A program made the translations under genes and the position numbers. Below the pieces are notes generated by a model that was not told the DNA's origin, did no database searches, and was given only the letters and a program-made list of their open reading frames with translations. A stretch of DNA of 64,000 nucleotides from a virus (lineage: Duplodnaviria; Caudoviricetes): the IMG/VR virus record IMGVR_UViG_3300024255_000023, positions 523 through 64,522 of that record. One strand, written 5' to 3'. This document shows positions 48,691 to 58,215 of the stretch, one piece after another (the first letter of the stretch is position 1; every line of letters begins with the position of its first letter).

Positions 48691-49665
48691 ATGGCCACTA
48701 AAAAACAAGAAGTATTTGATTATGTTAACGCTATGCTCGGCGGCGGAATGATTGATGTTGAACTAGACCCAATTCATTATGAAACTGCATTGAATAAAGC
48801 ATTAAGCCGCTTTAGACAACGTAGTGATAATGCAGTTGAAGAATCGTATTTGTTTCTAGATACTATTATAGACGTTAACGAGTACACTCTTCCAGGTGAA
48901 GTTATGGAGGTTAGAAAAATGTTTCGCAGAAGTATTGGATCACGTCCTGGAACTTCGGCATCCGGAGGACCAATATACTCAACTACAGTAATAGCGTCTG
49001 CTTCTCAACAAGTGTTTGATGTGAACTATAACCTTGCAGCTATAGCAACAGTTGTAGTAACTATAAATGGTACAACAACGACTAGCTATGGCATTGACAA
49101 TGATGCAAGAACTATTACGTTTAATTCAGGGTTAACTGCAAATGATGTTGTTAGTATCAAACTCTACGAAAACGGAAAAAATGGTGGCGGCAGTTTGTTT
49201 GATCCGTTCAGTTTAGCATATACAAATGCATACCTGTTATCAAGTTCAAATATGGGCGGTCTAGCAACATATGATATGTTTAGCCAATACCAAGAACTAG
49301 TAGGTAGAATGTTTGGTAGTTTCATTGAATTTAAATGGAATTCAACAACTAAAAAATTAACATTACTACAACGTCCTCGAGCAGTAGAAACTATAATGCT
49401 ATATGCATATAACTATCGTCCAGATGAACAATTACTGTCTGACTATCTAGCACAACAGTGGATCAAAGATTACACACTTGCTAGTTGTAAGTATATGTTA
49501 GGCGAAGCACGTTCAAAGTTTGCTACTATTGCAGGTCCACAAGGTGGGTCAACACTCAATGGTAATGATCTTAAAAATGAAGCAATGCAAGAAATGGAAA
49601 GATTAGATCAAGAAGTAATTCAACAAGTCGGCGGCGGCGTTGGTTACGGATTTACAATAGGTTAA
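48691..49665 (+). CDS. T4 gp13-like neck protein with inserted beta domain
   Basis: LGGGMIDVELD...WIKDYTLA..K..LGEARSKF...GPQGGSTLNG; GGAG SD before ATG 48691. Confidence 0.8.
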   Translation: MATKKQEVFDYVNAMLGGGMIDVELDPIHYETALNKALSRFRQRSDNAVEESYLFLDTIIDVNEYTLPGEVMEVRKMFRRSIGSRPGTSASGGPIYSTTVIASASQQVFDVNYNLAAIATVVVTINGTTTTSYGIDNDARTITFNSGLTANDVVSIKLYENGKNGGGSLFDPFSLAYTNAYLLSSSNMGGLATYDMFSQYQELVGRMFGSFIEFKWNSTTKKLTLLQRPRAVETIMLYAYNYRPDEQLLSDYLAQQWIKDYTLASCKYMLGEARSKFATIAGPQGGSTLNGNDLKNEAMQEMERLDQEVIQQVGGGVGYGFTIG

Positions 49666-49701
49666 AACCCCTAGAAGTTAACGCTAACGATTTTAGTTCC
49701 T

Positions 49702-49709
49702 TGTAAATA
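49702..49709 (+). promoter_or_regulatory. late promoter variant TGTAAATA
   Basis: Intergenic, upstream of an AAGGAGG SD. Confidence 0.5.
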
Positions 49710-49731
49710 CAAAGTAACAAGGAGGTCCATA

Positions 49732-49977
49732 ATGTGTTCACCAGAAGTACGTAAAGAAGCTAACCGATATAATTGGTTAATTAAAGGCCAACTAATTGAT
49801 AGAAACGAATCAGACGCAACTATCGAATACTTATATGACTCCTATTTTAGAAGACTTTGGAATAACACAGAAAGAGCAGAGTACGGAGCAAATGGCTTCG
49901 AAGCTGCATACGAACAGCGTGTTCAAGAACTACTCACAGAAGAAATGGAAAATGTAGCTCATTTAGGCTACGATTAA
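49732..49977 (+). CDS. hypothetical protein
   Basis: Strong AAGGAGG SD, 81 aa. Confidence 0.7.
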   Translation: MCSPEVRKEANRYNWLIKGQLIDRNESDATIEYLYDSYFRRLWNNTERAEYGANGFEAAYEQRVQELLTEEMENVAHLGYD

Positions 49978-49979
49978 GG

Positions 49980-50008
49980 TTGACATACTTGTTTATGTAG
50001 TGTATACT
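49980..50008 (+). promoter_or_regulatory. sigma70-type promoter
   Basis: TTGACA-17 nt-TATACT with TG immediately before the -10. Confidence 0.8.
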
Positions 50009-50036
50009 TTAAAGTATATTTAAATAAGGAGCTAGT

Positions 50037-50585
50037 GTGTTACCTAAGTTATTAGTAGTAGGTCATGGTCGTCATGGCAAGGATACGGTATGCGAGATGT
50101 TAGAAGCATACGGATATACATTCCAATCATCAAGTAAATTTTGTTCAGAACTTTTTATCTATAATGATCTAAAGGATCAATACGGATACGCCAATGAAGA
50201 TGAGTGTTACGTTGATCGTCATAACCATCGTACTGAATGGTACAACATGATCCATAATTACTGTAAAGATGACTTAGCAAAGCTAGGACGAAACTTATTT
50301 GCTAAACATGATATCTATTGCGGACTACGTAACAAGCGTGAATTTTTTGCAATGCAGAATGAAGAAATATTTGACTATGCTATTTGGGTAGACAGAAGTG
50401 ACCATTTGCCTACAGAAGATCCTAGTTCAATGAGCATCGAACAATGGATGTGTAATTATACAATTGATAATAATAGTGACTTAGAAAGATTAAAATTAAA
50501 TGTAGATATCTTAATGCGAACTATTCTTATTAAAAATCAGGAACAAGATCTCCCTGCTTCCAAACAACTCCATCTTTTTGAATAA
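50037..50585 (+). CDS. deoxynucleoside monophosphate kinase (T4 gp1-like)
   Basis: P-loop VGHGRHGKDTV; GLRNKRE; YTIDNNSDL; AAGGAG SD with GTG start. Confidence 0.75.
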   Translation: MLPKLLVVGHGRHGKDTVCEMLEAYGYTFQSSSKFCSELFIYNDLKDQYGYANEDECYVDRHNHRTEWYNMIHNYCKDDLAKLGRNLFAKHDIYCGLRNKREFFAMQNEEIFDYAIWVDRSDHLPTEDPSSMSIEQWMCNYTIDNNSDLERLKLNVDILMRTILIKNQEQDLPASKQLHLFE

Positions 50586-50865
50586 CCCGTTGGCAGTTAG
50601 CACATATAGTTTTTAAGTTAGCAGGGCGACAATTTTCTAAATCCCCATCAATATGATATACATTAAACTGCTCAGGGTGTTTAGATTTAAAATTACATTT
50701 TTCACAAGCATCTTTTTTCTCGTATCCACGTTGTTTCCATTTAGGTATACCGTGTCCTAAACCGTTACGCAAACAAGTTTCACATAACTTACGATAGTAT
50801 GTTTTCTTACCTTTTTTGTAATTTATTGCGGCAGGACGCTCTCCGCATTTGCATAATGGTCTCAT
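50530..50865 (-). CDS. HNH-type zinc-binding endonuclease-like protein
   Basis: CEKC...YHIDGDLENC..NLKTICANC; N-terminal CKC...CETC. Confidence 0.7.
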   Translation of the reverse strand: MRPLCKCGERPAAINYKKGKKTYYRKLCETCLRNGLGHGIPKWKQRGYEKKDACEKCNFKSKHPEQFNVYHIDGDLENCRPANLKTICANCQRVIQKDGVVWKQGDLVPDF

Positions 50866-50932
50866 ACTGTATTTAGCTCACCTTTTTGGTACCTTTTTAT
50901 ATGGTGTTTGCACAGGCTTTTTTATTTAAAAT

Positions 50933-50940
50933 GGTAAATA
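50933..50940 (+). promoter_or_regulatory. late promoter variant GGTAAATA
   Basis: Upstream of the tail sheath SD AGGAG. Confidence 0.55.
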
Positions 50941-50981
50941 CAATTAATAAACAGAACACAGTTCCAATAGGAGAATAAAAA

Positions 50982-53900
50982 ATGGCATTGACATCACCAG
51001 GTGTACAGGTAAGCGTAATAGATGAAAGTTTCTACACACCCGCTGAACCAGGTACAGTACCAGTAATTTTTGTTGCATCGCAAGCAAATAAACTAAATGC
51101 TTCAGCATCGGGCACAGCAATCGGAACACTAGCAGTAAATGCTGGTAAGCCGTACTTGCTAACATCACAACGTGACTTAGCTGAAACATTTGGAGATCCT
51201 GTTTTCCAAACAGATGCAAGTAATAATCCAGTTCACGGAAGTGAACTTAACGAATACGGCTTACAGGCTGCATATTCATATTTAGGCGTAAGCAACAGAG
51301 CTTGGGTTGTAAGAGCAAATGTAGATTTAGGCGAACTTTCTCCGACATCAACAGTACCAGTAAGTGCTCCAGACGCAGGCACATATTGGTTAGATACAGC
51401 AGCATCTGTATACGGAATTCAACAGTGGAATAACGCTAGTGAGTCAGTAACAGGTGGACAAACATTTACTAACAAAGTGCCACTTGCTATTACACAGCAA
51501 GCACAGGTAGTTGACTTTGATAACGCAGATTATACGCCGTTAGGTTCAATTGGTGCAATTGGCGATTACGCTATTGTTTCAGTAACTACACTTAATACAA
51601 TTTGGTATAGAAGTACTGGTGGCTGGCTTAAAGTAGGTTCATCGCAGTGGATTGGTTCTGTTCCAACTGTAACTAGTGCAAAGGCAAGTACTACATACGG
51701 TGAAGATTCTTCCGAAAGCGGTTCAGAAGTGTTCTTATTAAATGGCACAACAGTAACAGTAACTACAGGCGATTCAATAGCAACAGTAGTAGCAGCAATT
51801 AATGGCTTTGCTATTCCAGGTGTTTCGGCAGCTGAAGTTAGCGGCGAATTAGCATTGTATAACACAGGTTCTTCAACTGATAGAATTACGTTTGCATTAG
51901 GACCAAACGACAATGCATCAGTACTAACTTGGTTAGGACTATCAGCAACACAATATTTAATTCCAGCAGTGCAAATTAGTAAGCACACTGAAATTCCAGA
52001 TACATTTAAATCAGGCACAAACTATAATGGTCGCCCAAGTGGCAGTGTTTGGATTAAAACAACTACACCTAATCAAGGTGCTCGTTGGAGAGTAAAACAG
52101 TGGAACGATGCAACTAAGATTTGGGATTCAGTTTCGGCTCCGTTATATCCAACTGCACAAGATGCAATTGTAGATTTAGATTTAACAGGCGGCGGCGCAA
52201 ACTTAACAATTGGTAACTTGTTTGTTCAAACTAATGTTGCAGGCGACACTAGCCCACTTGCTACTTTTAAAATATTTAAACGTGCAGCAGTTGGCGCAAC
52301 TACAGTAATAACAAATGTAATAACACCAGCTAACTTTACAGATGGACAAGTGTATAAACTAGAAATTAGTGCAACTTCACCAGGAGCAAATACATTCTCA
52401 GCACATTCTATATCATGGAATGCAGCTGCACAAGGTACAGATACAGCAACTAATCTTGCAACTGCTATTACAAGTGCTAATATTCCAAATGTTAGTGCAA
52501 GTGTTGATAATGATCGTGTAGTTATAACACACAGTACAGGCGGCGAAATGAAACTTAAAGATGATGTATCAAGTTTTGCACCAGCATTAACACAGTTAGG
52601 TATTTCACCTTACAATATTGTTACAGGTGCAGGAACACGCTTTGTTGCAGACGAACCAGGTGTTGACAACAACGTTGCACCAATTGAGTACAGAGTAAGT
52701 AACTGGGAAGTATTAAGTTATACTCCTAGCAACAGTACTCCGTCAAATACAGCAAGTCAAGGACAATTATGGTACAACTCAACTATTGACGAAGTTGACA
52801 TTATGGTTAACAACGGTAGTGTTTGGGTAGGCTATAAAGATTCAACAAGTCCAGTCTATAATGCAGTTAGTGGTACTGACGCAAACGGACCAATTGTTTC
52901 AGCTACAAAACCAACTAAACAGTCAGATGGTACAAGTGCATTAGTAGCAGGTGATCTTTGGATCGATACTAGTGACATTGAAAACTATCCAACAATATAT
53001 CGCTACAAAGGACCATTGCTTGATCGCTGGGACTTAGTAGATAACGGTGACCAAACAACTGAAAACGGTATAGTTTTTGCTGATGCACGTTACGGCGAAA
53101 GTGGAGCAAAAGGAAATACAGCAGCAACAATTAAATCATTGTTAACTAAAAACTTTGTAGATCCAGATTGCCCAGATCCAGCATTATATCCAAAAGGTAC
53201 ATTATTGTTTAATACACGTAGAAGTGGATTTAATGTTAAGCGTTACGAAATTGGATATGTTGATAAAACAGCTCTTAACAAACGCTTTAATGACGAAGTG
53301 ATGACAAGCTATGCAGCAGATCGCTGGGTAACTGAATCAGCAAACAACGAAGACGGATCAGGTAGCTTTGGACGTAAAGCACAGCGTAAAGTTGTTGTAC
53401 AAAAACTACAAGCAGTAGTTAATAGCAATGATGATATTAGAAATGAAGATTCACGTAGATTTAACTTAATTGCATGTCCTGGGTATCCAGAACTAATCGG
53501 TGAGTTAACTACACTAAACAACGACAGAGGCTTAACAGCATTTGTTGTTGGTGATAGCCCAGCAAGACTAACACCAGATGCAACTTCACTTAACGAATGG
53601 GGAACAAACGTTCGTGCAGCTGTTGAAGATAACGACGACGGACTTGTTACTAACGATGAATACTTAGGTGTATTTTATCCATGGGGCTTTACAAGCGATA
53701 ACTTTGGAAACAATGTTGTAGTTCCGCCAAGTCATATGATGATGCGTACTATTGCACTAAGTGATCAAGTTAGCTATCCATGGTTTGCACCAGCAGGTAC
53801 AAGACGTGGCGGAGTAAGCAATGCAAGTTCAACAGGCTACATTAGTAGTGGAGGCGAATTTGTTTCAACGTCCTTAAACGAAGGACAGCGTGATACATTG

Positions 53901-54311
53901 TATGCACAAGGTGTTAACCCAATTACGTTTATTACTGGCGCAGGACTTGTTAACTTTGGACAGAAGACTCGTGCAAGAGGTGCAAGCTCGTTAGATAGAA
54001 TTAACGTTGCAAGACTAGTAGTGTACTTACGTTCACAACTAAACACACTTGCTAAACCGTATATCTTTGAACCAAATGATAAAATTACTAGAGATGAAAT
54101 GAAACAGCAAGTTGAAAGTTTACTTCTTGAGCTAGTAGGACAAAGAGCCTTATACGACTACTTAGTTGTGTGTGACGAAACAAACAACACTCCAGCAAGA
54201 GTAGATCGCAACGAATTATATGTTGATATTGCAATTGAACCAGTTAAGTCAATTGAATTTATATACATTCCGTTGAGATTGAAAAACACTGGTGAAATAT
54301 CAGGCTTATAA
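50982..54311 (+). CDS. contractile tail sheath protein (T4 gp18-like)
   Basis: MALTSPGVQVSVIDES; YPWFAPAGTRRG; RDTLY..GVNPI; FGQKT..ASSLDRINVARL; IFEPND; VCDETNNTP. Confidence 0.95.
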   Translation: MALTSPGVQVSVIDESFYTPAEPGTVPVIFVASQANKLNASASGTAIGTLAVNAGKPYLLTSQRDLAETFGDPVFQTDASNNPVHGSELNEYGLQAAYSYLGVSNRAWVVRANVDLGELSPTSTVPVSAPDAGTYWLDTAASVYGIQQWNNASESVTGGQTFTNKVPLAITQQAQVVDFDNADYTPLGSIGAIGDYAIVSVTTLNTIWYRSTGGWLKVGSSQWIGSVPTVTSAKASTTYGEDSSESGSEVFLLNGTTVTVTTGDSIATVVAAINGFAIPGVSAAEVSGELALYNTGSSTDRITFALGPNDNASVLTWLGLSATQYLIPAVQISKHTEIPDTFKSGTNYNGRPSGSVWIKTTTPNQGARWRVKQWNDATKIWDSVSAPLYPTAQDAIVDLDLTGGGANLTIGNLFVQTNVAGDTSPLATFKIFKRAAVGATTVITNVITPANFTDGQVYKLEISATSPGANTFSAHSISWNAAAQGTDTATNLATAITSANIPNVSASVDNDRVVITHSTGGEMKLKDDVSSFAPALTQLGISPYNIVTGAGTRFVADEPGVDNNVAPIEYRVSNWEVLSYTPSNSTPSNTASQGQLWYNSTIDEVDIMVNNGSVWVGYKDSTSPVYNAVSGTDANGPIVSATKPTKQSDGTSALVAGDLWIDTSDIENYPTIYRYKGPLLDRWDLVDNGDQTTENGIVFADARYGESGAKGNTAATIKSLLTKNFVDPDCPDPALYPKGTLLFNTRRSGFNVKRYEIGYVDKTALNKRFNDEVMTSYAADRWVTESANNEDGSGSFGRKAQRKVVVQKLQAVVNSNDDIRNEDSRRFNLIACPGYPELIGELTTLNNDRGLTAFVVGDSPARLTPDATSLNEWGTNVRAAVEDNDDGLVTNDEYLGVFYPWGFTSDNFGNNVVVPPSHMMMRTIALSDQVSYPWFAPAGTRRGGVSNASSTGYISSGGEFVSTSLNEGQRDTLYAQGVNPITFITGAGLVNFGQKTRARGASSLDRINVARLVVYLRSQLNTLAKPYIFEPNDKITRDEMKQQVESLLLELVGQRALYDYLVVCDETNNTPARVDRNELYVDIAIEPVKSIEFIYIPLRLKNTGEISGL

Positions 54312-54314
54312 GAT

Positions 54315-54322
54315 GATAAATA
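54315..54322 (+). promoter_or_regulatory. late promoter GATAAATA
   Basis: Between the sheath and tube genes. Confidence 0.75.
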
Positions 54323-54348
54323 ATATTAAGCAATTAGGAGCAAATTAA

Positions 54349-54975
54349 ATGGCAATCTCATCATTATCGAAAATCACAGTTCCGTTAGCAAGTGGCGACT
54401 CAGCTGCAAGCCAGGGCTTGTTAATGCCAAAGCTCCAGTACCGCTTTAGAGTGTCGCTGGAAAACTTTGGTGTTTCAACTCCGACAACAGAACTAACAAA
54501 ACAAGTTATTGACGTAACTAGACCAACAGTAGCATTTGAGCCAATGGAAATACATGCATACAACTCAAAAGCATACTTAGCAGGCAAGCACACATGGCAA
54601 CCAATTACACTGAACTTACGTGAAGATGTAAATAATGCTGTACAGAAGCTTGTAGGCGAACAGTTACAGAAGCAATTTGATTTTATGGAACAGTCAAGTC
54701 CGGTATCAGGTCAAGATTATAAATTTACAACACGTATTGAGATCTTAGACGGTGGTAACGGTGTGTATACGCCAAACGTTCTTGAAACTTTTGAATTATA
54801 CGGTTGCTTTATTACTAACGCAAACTATAACTCATTAGCATATCAAAACAATGAGCCAGTAACAGTAACACTAGAAATGCAGTACGACAATGCAATCCAA
54901 ACAGATGCAGATGGCGGTATTGGTGTAAGTGTACCGAGACAGAATGGTTCGTTAATAACAGGCGGCGGTTCGTAA
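54349..54975 (+). CDS. tail tube protein (T4 gp19-like)
   Basis: Follows the sheath; RFRV...AGKHTWQPITLNLRED...FELYGCF...YD tube pattern. Confidence 0.85.
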   Translation: MAISSLSKITVPLASGDSAASQGLLMPKLQYRFRVSLENFGVSTPTTELTKQVIDVTRPTVAFEPMEIHAYNSKAYLAGKHTWQPITLNLREDVNNAVQKLVGEQLQKQFDFMEQSSPVSGQDYKFTTRIEILDGGNGVYTPNVLETFELYGCFITNANYNSLAYQNNEPVTVTLEMQYDNAIQTDADGGIGVSVPRQNGSLITGGGS

Positions 54976-54994
54976 GTTACTTAAACATAACAGT

Positions 54995-55020
54995 AAAAGG
55001 GGGCTTTATGCCCCTTTTTT
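54995..55020 (+). terminator. rho-independent terminator
   Basis: AAAAGGGGGC-TTTAT-GCCCCTTTTTT. Confidence 0.85.
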
Positions 55021-55045
55021 ATTATCTACGCACATAAAAGATATA

Positions 55046-55053
55046 GATAAATA
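55046..55053 (+). promoter_or_regulatory. late promoter GATAAATA (leaderless)
   Basis: 5 nt before ATG 55059; no SD. Confidence 0.75.
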
Positions 55054-55058
55054 TTAGT

Positions 55059-56291
55059 ATGACAACTAATGCATATTCAAACAACCTAAATTCCTATAAT
55101 GGACCTAAAGGTAATCTAGCTGATTACAATCATGCTTCGCGACTATTCCTCAGCAACAATTTAAAGTTTGCACCAAAAACCAAATATCTGTTTCATACGT
55201 TTTTTGCAATTGATCCGAACGTAGCTAATACTATACAAGCATTAATTGAAAAGTATGGTATTGAAATTGGTATGCTTGTTAAAGCAGCAGACTTACCTAA
55301 ATTTCAAGCTACTGTTGAAACACGTAAGAAATATAATCGTATAAAAAATATGCAAACAGCAATTCAATATCAGCCTATTACTATTACATTTCATGACGAT
55401 AATCATGGCGTAACAACAGCATTACTTGAAGCATATTATAGATACTATTATGCTGATGCCTGGTACGGGAATGATGCAGGAGCATATAACAAAGCTGGTG
55501 ACGGTGATGCTACATACAAAGGTAGAGAACGTAACCAATTTAGATATGGATTAGATAATAATTTATCTGTTCCGTTTTTTAGAAATATACAAATATCTCA
55601 ATTATCACGATCACAGTTTACAACATACACATTAGTAAATCCAATAATTACAAATTGGGAACATGATCAAGTTGAAAGTTCAGACAACGGAACCTTCATG
55701 CAGAATACTATTACGCTTCAATACGAAGCTGTTCATTATAGTAGAGGAACTGTAGAAGCAGGCGATGACGGTAATCCAGTTGGATTCGGAACAGTACATT
55801 ATGATACACAGCCAAGTCCATTAGCTGTGCCTAATGCTACACAAGAAGAAGTTGACTTAGTTGCAAATACAAATATTGAACAATACACAAATAACGATCC
55901 TAATATTGATTATGATAACGGACCTTTAACATACTTGCCAGATGCGGTTAATGATCTTTATACTAGAATATCGCAAGTAACAAATATTGACAACATTGGC
56001 GGACTAGCTGACATTAATATACCAAAAACACGAGGTGCAGGCGGACAACAAAGTGTAACAAAATCTTCAAGTAGTAATATTACATCTAATAGTAATACTA
56101 ACTCTAGTTTAAGTGTAGAAGATTTAACTAAGAATCCAGCAGCATTAGACTCATTAGCTAAGTTATTATTCTTAGCAGACTTTTTAAGTGATGGCGGGGC
56201 TGGTATTAATGGATTAACTGCTGCTTGGGCAGCATTGCCGATTACACAAAGAGAATCTTATAAGAAACAAATTTTAGAGGAAGCTGTATAA
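55059..56291 (+). CDS. tube-fold protein (gp19/gp54-like tail tube initiator)
   Basis: VKAADLPKF...YQPITITFHDD...YTLVNPII...TITLQYE tube-like pattern. Confidence 0.65.
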   Translation: MTTNAYSNNLNSYNGPKGNLADYNHASRLFLSNNLKFAPKTKYLFHTFFAIDPNVANTIQALIEKYGIEIGMLVKAADLPKFQATVETRKKYNRIKNMQTAIQYQPITITFHDDNHGVTTALLEAYYRYYYADAWYGNDAGAYNKAGDGDATYKGRERNQFRYGLDNNLSVPFFRNIQISQLSRSQFTTYTLVNPIITNWEHDQVESSDNGTFMQNTITLQYEAVHYSRGTVEAGDDGNPVGFGTVHYDTQPSPLAVPNATQEEVDLVANTNIEQYTNNDPNIDYDNGPLTYLPDAVNDLYTRISQVTNIDNIGGLADINIPKTRGAGGQQSVTKSSSSNITSNSNTNSSLSVEDLTKNPAALDSLAKLLFLADFLSDGGAGINGLTAAWAALPITQRESYKKQILEEAV

Positions 56292-56662
56292 TGAGTAGTT
56301 TACCAATTCCAAACATATCAAAAAGATCTGATAAAGGAGTGCAATTATTTTTTGACACTTATTATAACACACAAATTAATTTATCAGACAACGAACTAAG
56401 TGTGGTAATTGCATTTTTTGAAGATGCAGGATTTGACAAAACAGCTGCAATAGCTGTTAGTACCCTTTTATTAAGACAAGCAAAAAATGAAAACATCAAA
56501 ATATTTGAATTATTAGATACACTAAAAACAATTGATAGTACACGATTAAGTTCTATTGTTGCTGAAATACTTAATTACAATCGAAAAAGAACAAGCGTTG
56601 TTGGATTTAGAAAACAAAAAAATGCAACAATTGAAACAAGAAATATACTTGAAGGTTCCTAA
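56291..56662 (+). CDS. hypothetical protein
   Basis: TAATG coupling at both ends, 123 aa. Confidence 0.7.
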   Translation: MSSLPIPNISKRSDKGVQLFFDTYYNTQINLSDNELSVVIAFFEDAGFDKTAAIAVSTLLLRQAKNENIKIFELLDTLKTIDSTRLSSIVAEILNYNRKRTSVVGFRKQKNATIETRNILEGS

Positions 56663-57099
56663 TGGCCAAATTTGCCCAAGGGAAATATACTTTAAAATTT
56701 CCTGAAAAGTATGTTGGAAATAAAACCCCAACATACCGCAGTAGTTGGGAATTTGCTTTTATGCGTTTTTGTGACGAGCATACTAGTGTTGAACAATGGG
56801 CAAGTGAAGCAATAAAGATTCCGTATAGAAATCCATTAACAGGAAAAAACACAATATACGTGCCTGACTTTTTTATAGTATATGGTGACAAAGTTGGTAA
56901 AAAGCGAGTCGAGTTAATAGAAGTTAAGCCAGCTAATCAAACTCTACGCGAAAAGGTTGGGCGTAGTAAACACAATCAAGCACACTACGTAATTAATCAA
57001 GCTAAGTGGCAAGCTGCAAGGGCGTGGTGCAGTCAAAAAAATATTTTCTTTAGAATTATAAATGAACAAGATATGTTTCACCAAGGCAAAAGAAGATAA
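56662..57099 (+). CDS. head completion nuclease (T4 gp4-like, TnsA-type fold)
   Basis: PEKYVG...YRSSWE...WASE..IPY..P...YVPDF...IEVKP...NQAKW.AA. Confidence 0.9.
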   Translation: MAKFAQGKYTLKFPEKYVGNKTPTYRSSWEFAFMRFCDEHTSVEQWASEAIKIPYRNPLTGKNTIYVPDFFIVYGDKVGKKRVELIEVKPANQTLREKVGRSKHNQAHYVINQAKWQAARAWCSQKNIFFRIINEQDMFHQGKRR

Positions 57100-57102
57100 A
57101 TA
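57095..57102 (+). promoter_or_regulatory. late promoter GATAAATA
   Basis: Overlaps the gp4 stop codon. Confidence 0.65.
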
Positions 57103-57129
57103 AAACTAGCATATAATGGTATAGGACAC

Positions 57130-57633
57130 ATGACCAAGAAACTAGAAGACTTACTAAATTTGCCCGAGAGCAAAGAAATTATAAAAGATGCAGAAATGCA
57201 AGAGACTGAACAACAGTCTTATCATCTTGAACAACAACAAGAAACAATGCGAGACATTGCCGAATTTGATAAGATATCAAGTGCATTGCCGCAAGTAAAA
57301 GGTTTAGGTGATTTAGCTGATAAAGAACTTAGTGAAGTATCAGACAAAGCAATGCAAGCATACGAAGACTTAATGGACTTAGGTATGAACGTAGAAGCAC
57401 GTTACAGTGGCAGAGTATTTGAAGTTGCTGGTAATATGTTAAAAACAAACCTTGATGCTAAAGTTGCTAAGTTAGACAAAAAACTAAAAATGGTTGAGTT
57501 ACAATTAAAGAAAGAAAAATTAGATAGTGACAAAGGAGCCAAAGGCGATGATTTCGTTAACGGTGAAGGTTATGTTGTTACTGACAGGAATAGTCTATTA
57601 GAACGTCTAAAAGGACTAGATAATGATAAATAA
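57130..57633 (+). CDS. probable terminase small subunit (gp16-like)
   Basis: Helical; RYSGRVFEVAGNML resembles the gp16 PRxxEV motif; near the large terminase. Confidence 0.6.
   Translation: MTKKLEDLLNLPESKEIIKDAEMQETEQQSYHLEQQQETMRDIAEFDKISSALPQVKGLGDLADKELSEVSDKAMQAYEDLMDLGMNVEARYSGRVFEVAGNMLKTNLDAKVAKLDKKLKMVELQLKKEKLDSDKGAKGDDFVNGEGYVVTDRNSLLERLKGLDNDK
57625..57632 (+). promoter_or_regulatory. late promoter GATAAATA
   Basis: At the end of the 57130 ORF, upstream of an AGGA SD. Confidence 0.65.
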
Positions 57634-57653
57634 CATATAATAGGAAACATAAC

Positions 57654-58211
57654 ATGCGCAAATTTAATGAAATTCTTACAGAAGCAAAAAAAACATACGA
57701 GTTTAAAGTAGGCATTGCTGGCAATTGTCCAGATGAATGTGTGCAACAAATGAAAATGGCACTTGAAAAATATGATGTTGTAAATATAACAGCAGGCAAG
57801 AAAACACCAATTCAAGAACGTCCATTAGATTTTCCACAATTACAAAATATGGAAGTAACATATTTTGAAGCAGAAGTTAACTATCCAACTACGCCGCAAG
57901 TATTACAAGAGTATTTAGGCAAGTGTTGCGGTGTTGATCAAGCATATATTATTGTGCGCAATATGAATGATCCTAGAGAAGAATATCAAGACGCTCCAGA
58001 AGAAACTACATACGATGTGTTATTAACACAAGAAGATATGGGTGGCGAATCTGCACAAAAAGAAGTAGCAGGAGAACGCATAATGGGATTACTAAAAGAA
58101 TTAGAAACTGCCCGTAAGGAACGAGATCATGAACCTACTGAAGGCGTACACGTAGGCGATAGCAAAGATATTGACAACAAAGAAAACAGTGCCAGCACTG
58201 TAGGGAGTTAA
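57654..58211 (+). CDS. hypothetical late protein with a capsid-targeting-like N-terminus
   Basis: MRKFNEILTE resembles the T4 internal protein leader MKTYQEFIAE. Confidence 0.7.
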   Translation: MRKFNEILTEAKKTYEFKVGIAGNCPDECVQQMKMALEKYDVVNITAGKKTPIQERPLDFPQLQNMEVTYFEAEVNYPTTPQVLQEYLGKCCGVDQAYIIVRNMNDPREEYQDAPEETTYDVLLTQEDMGGESAQKEVAGERIMGLLKELETARKERDHEPTEGVHVGDSKDIDNKENSASTVGS

Positions 58212-58215
58212 AAAA

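Noticed and set aside
56662-57099. TnsA-like nuclease as a Tn7 transposon gene
   Set aside because: Motifs and context match T4 gp4 head completion protein; no other tns genes or transposon ends
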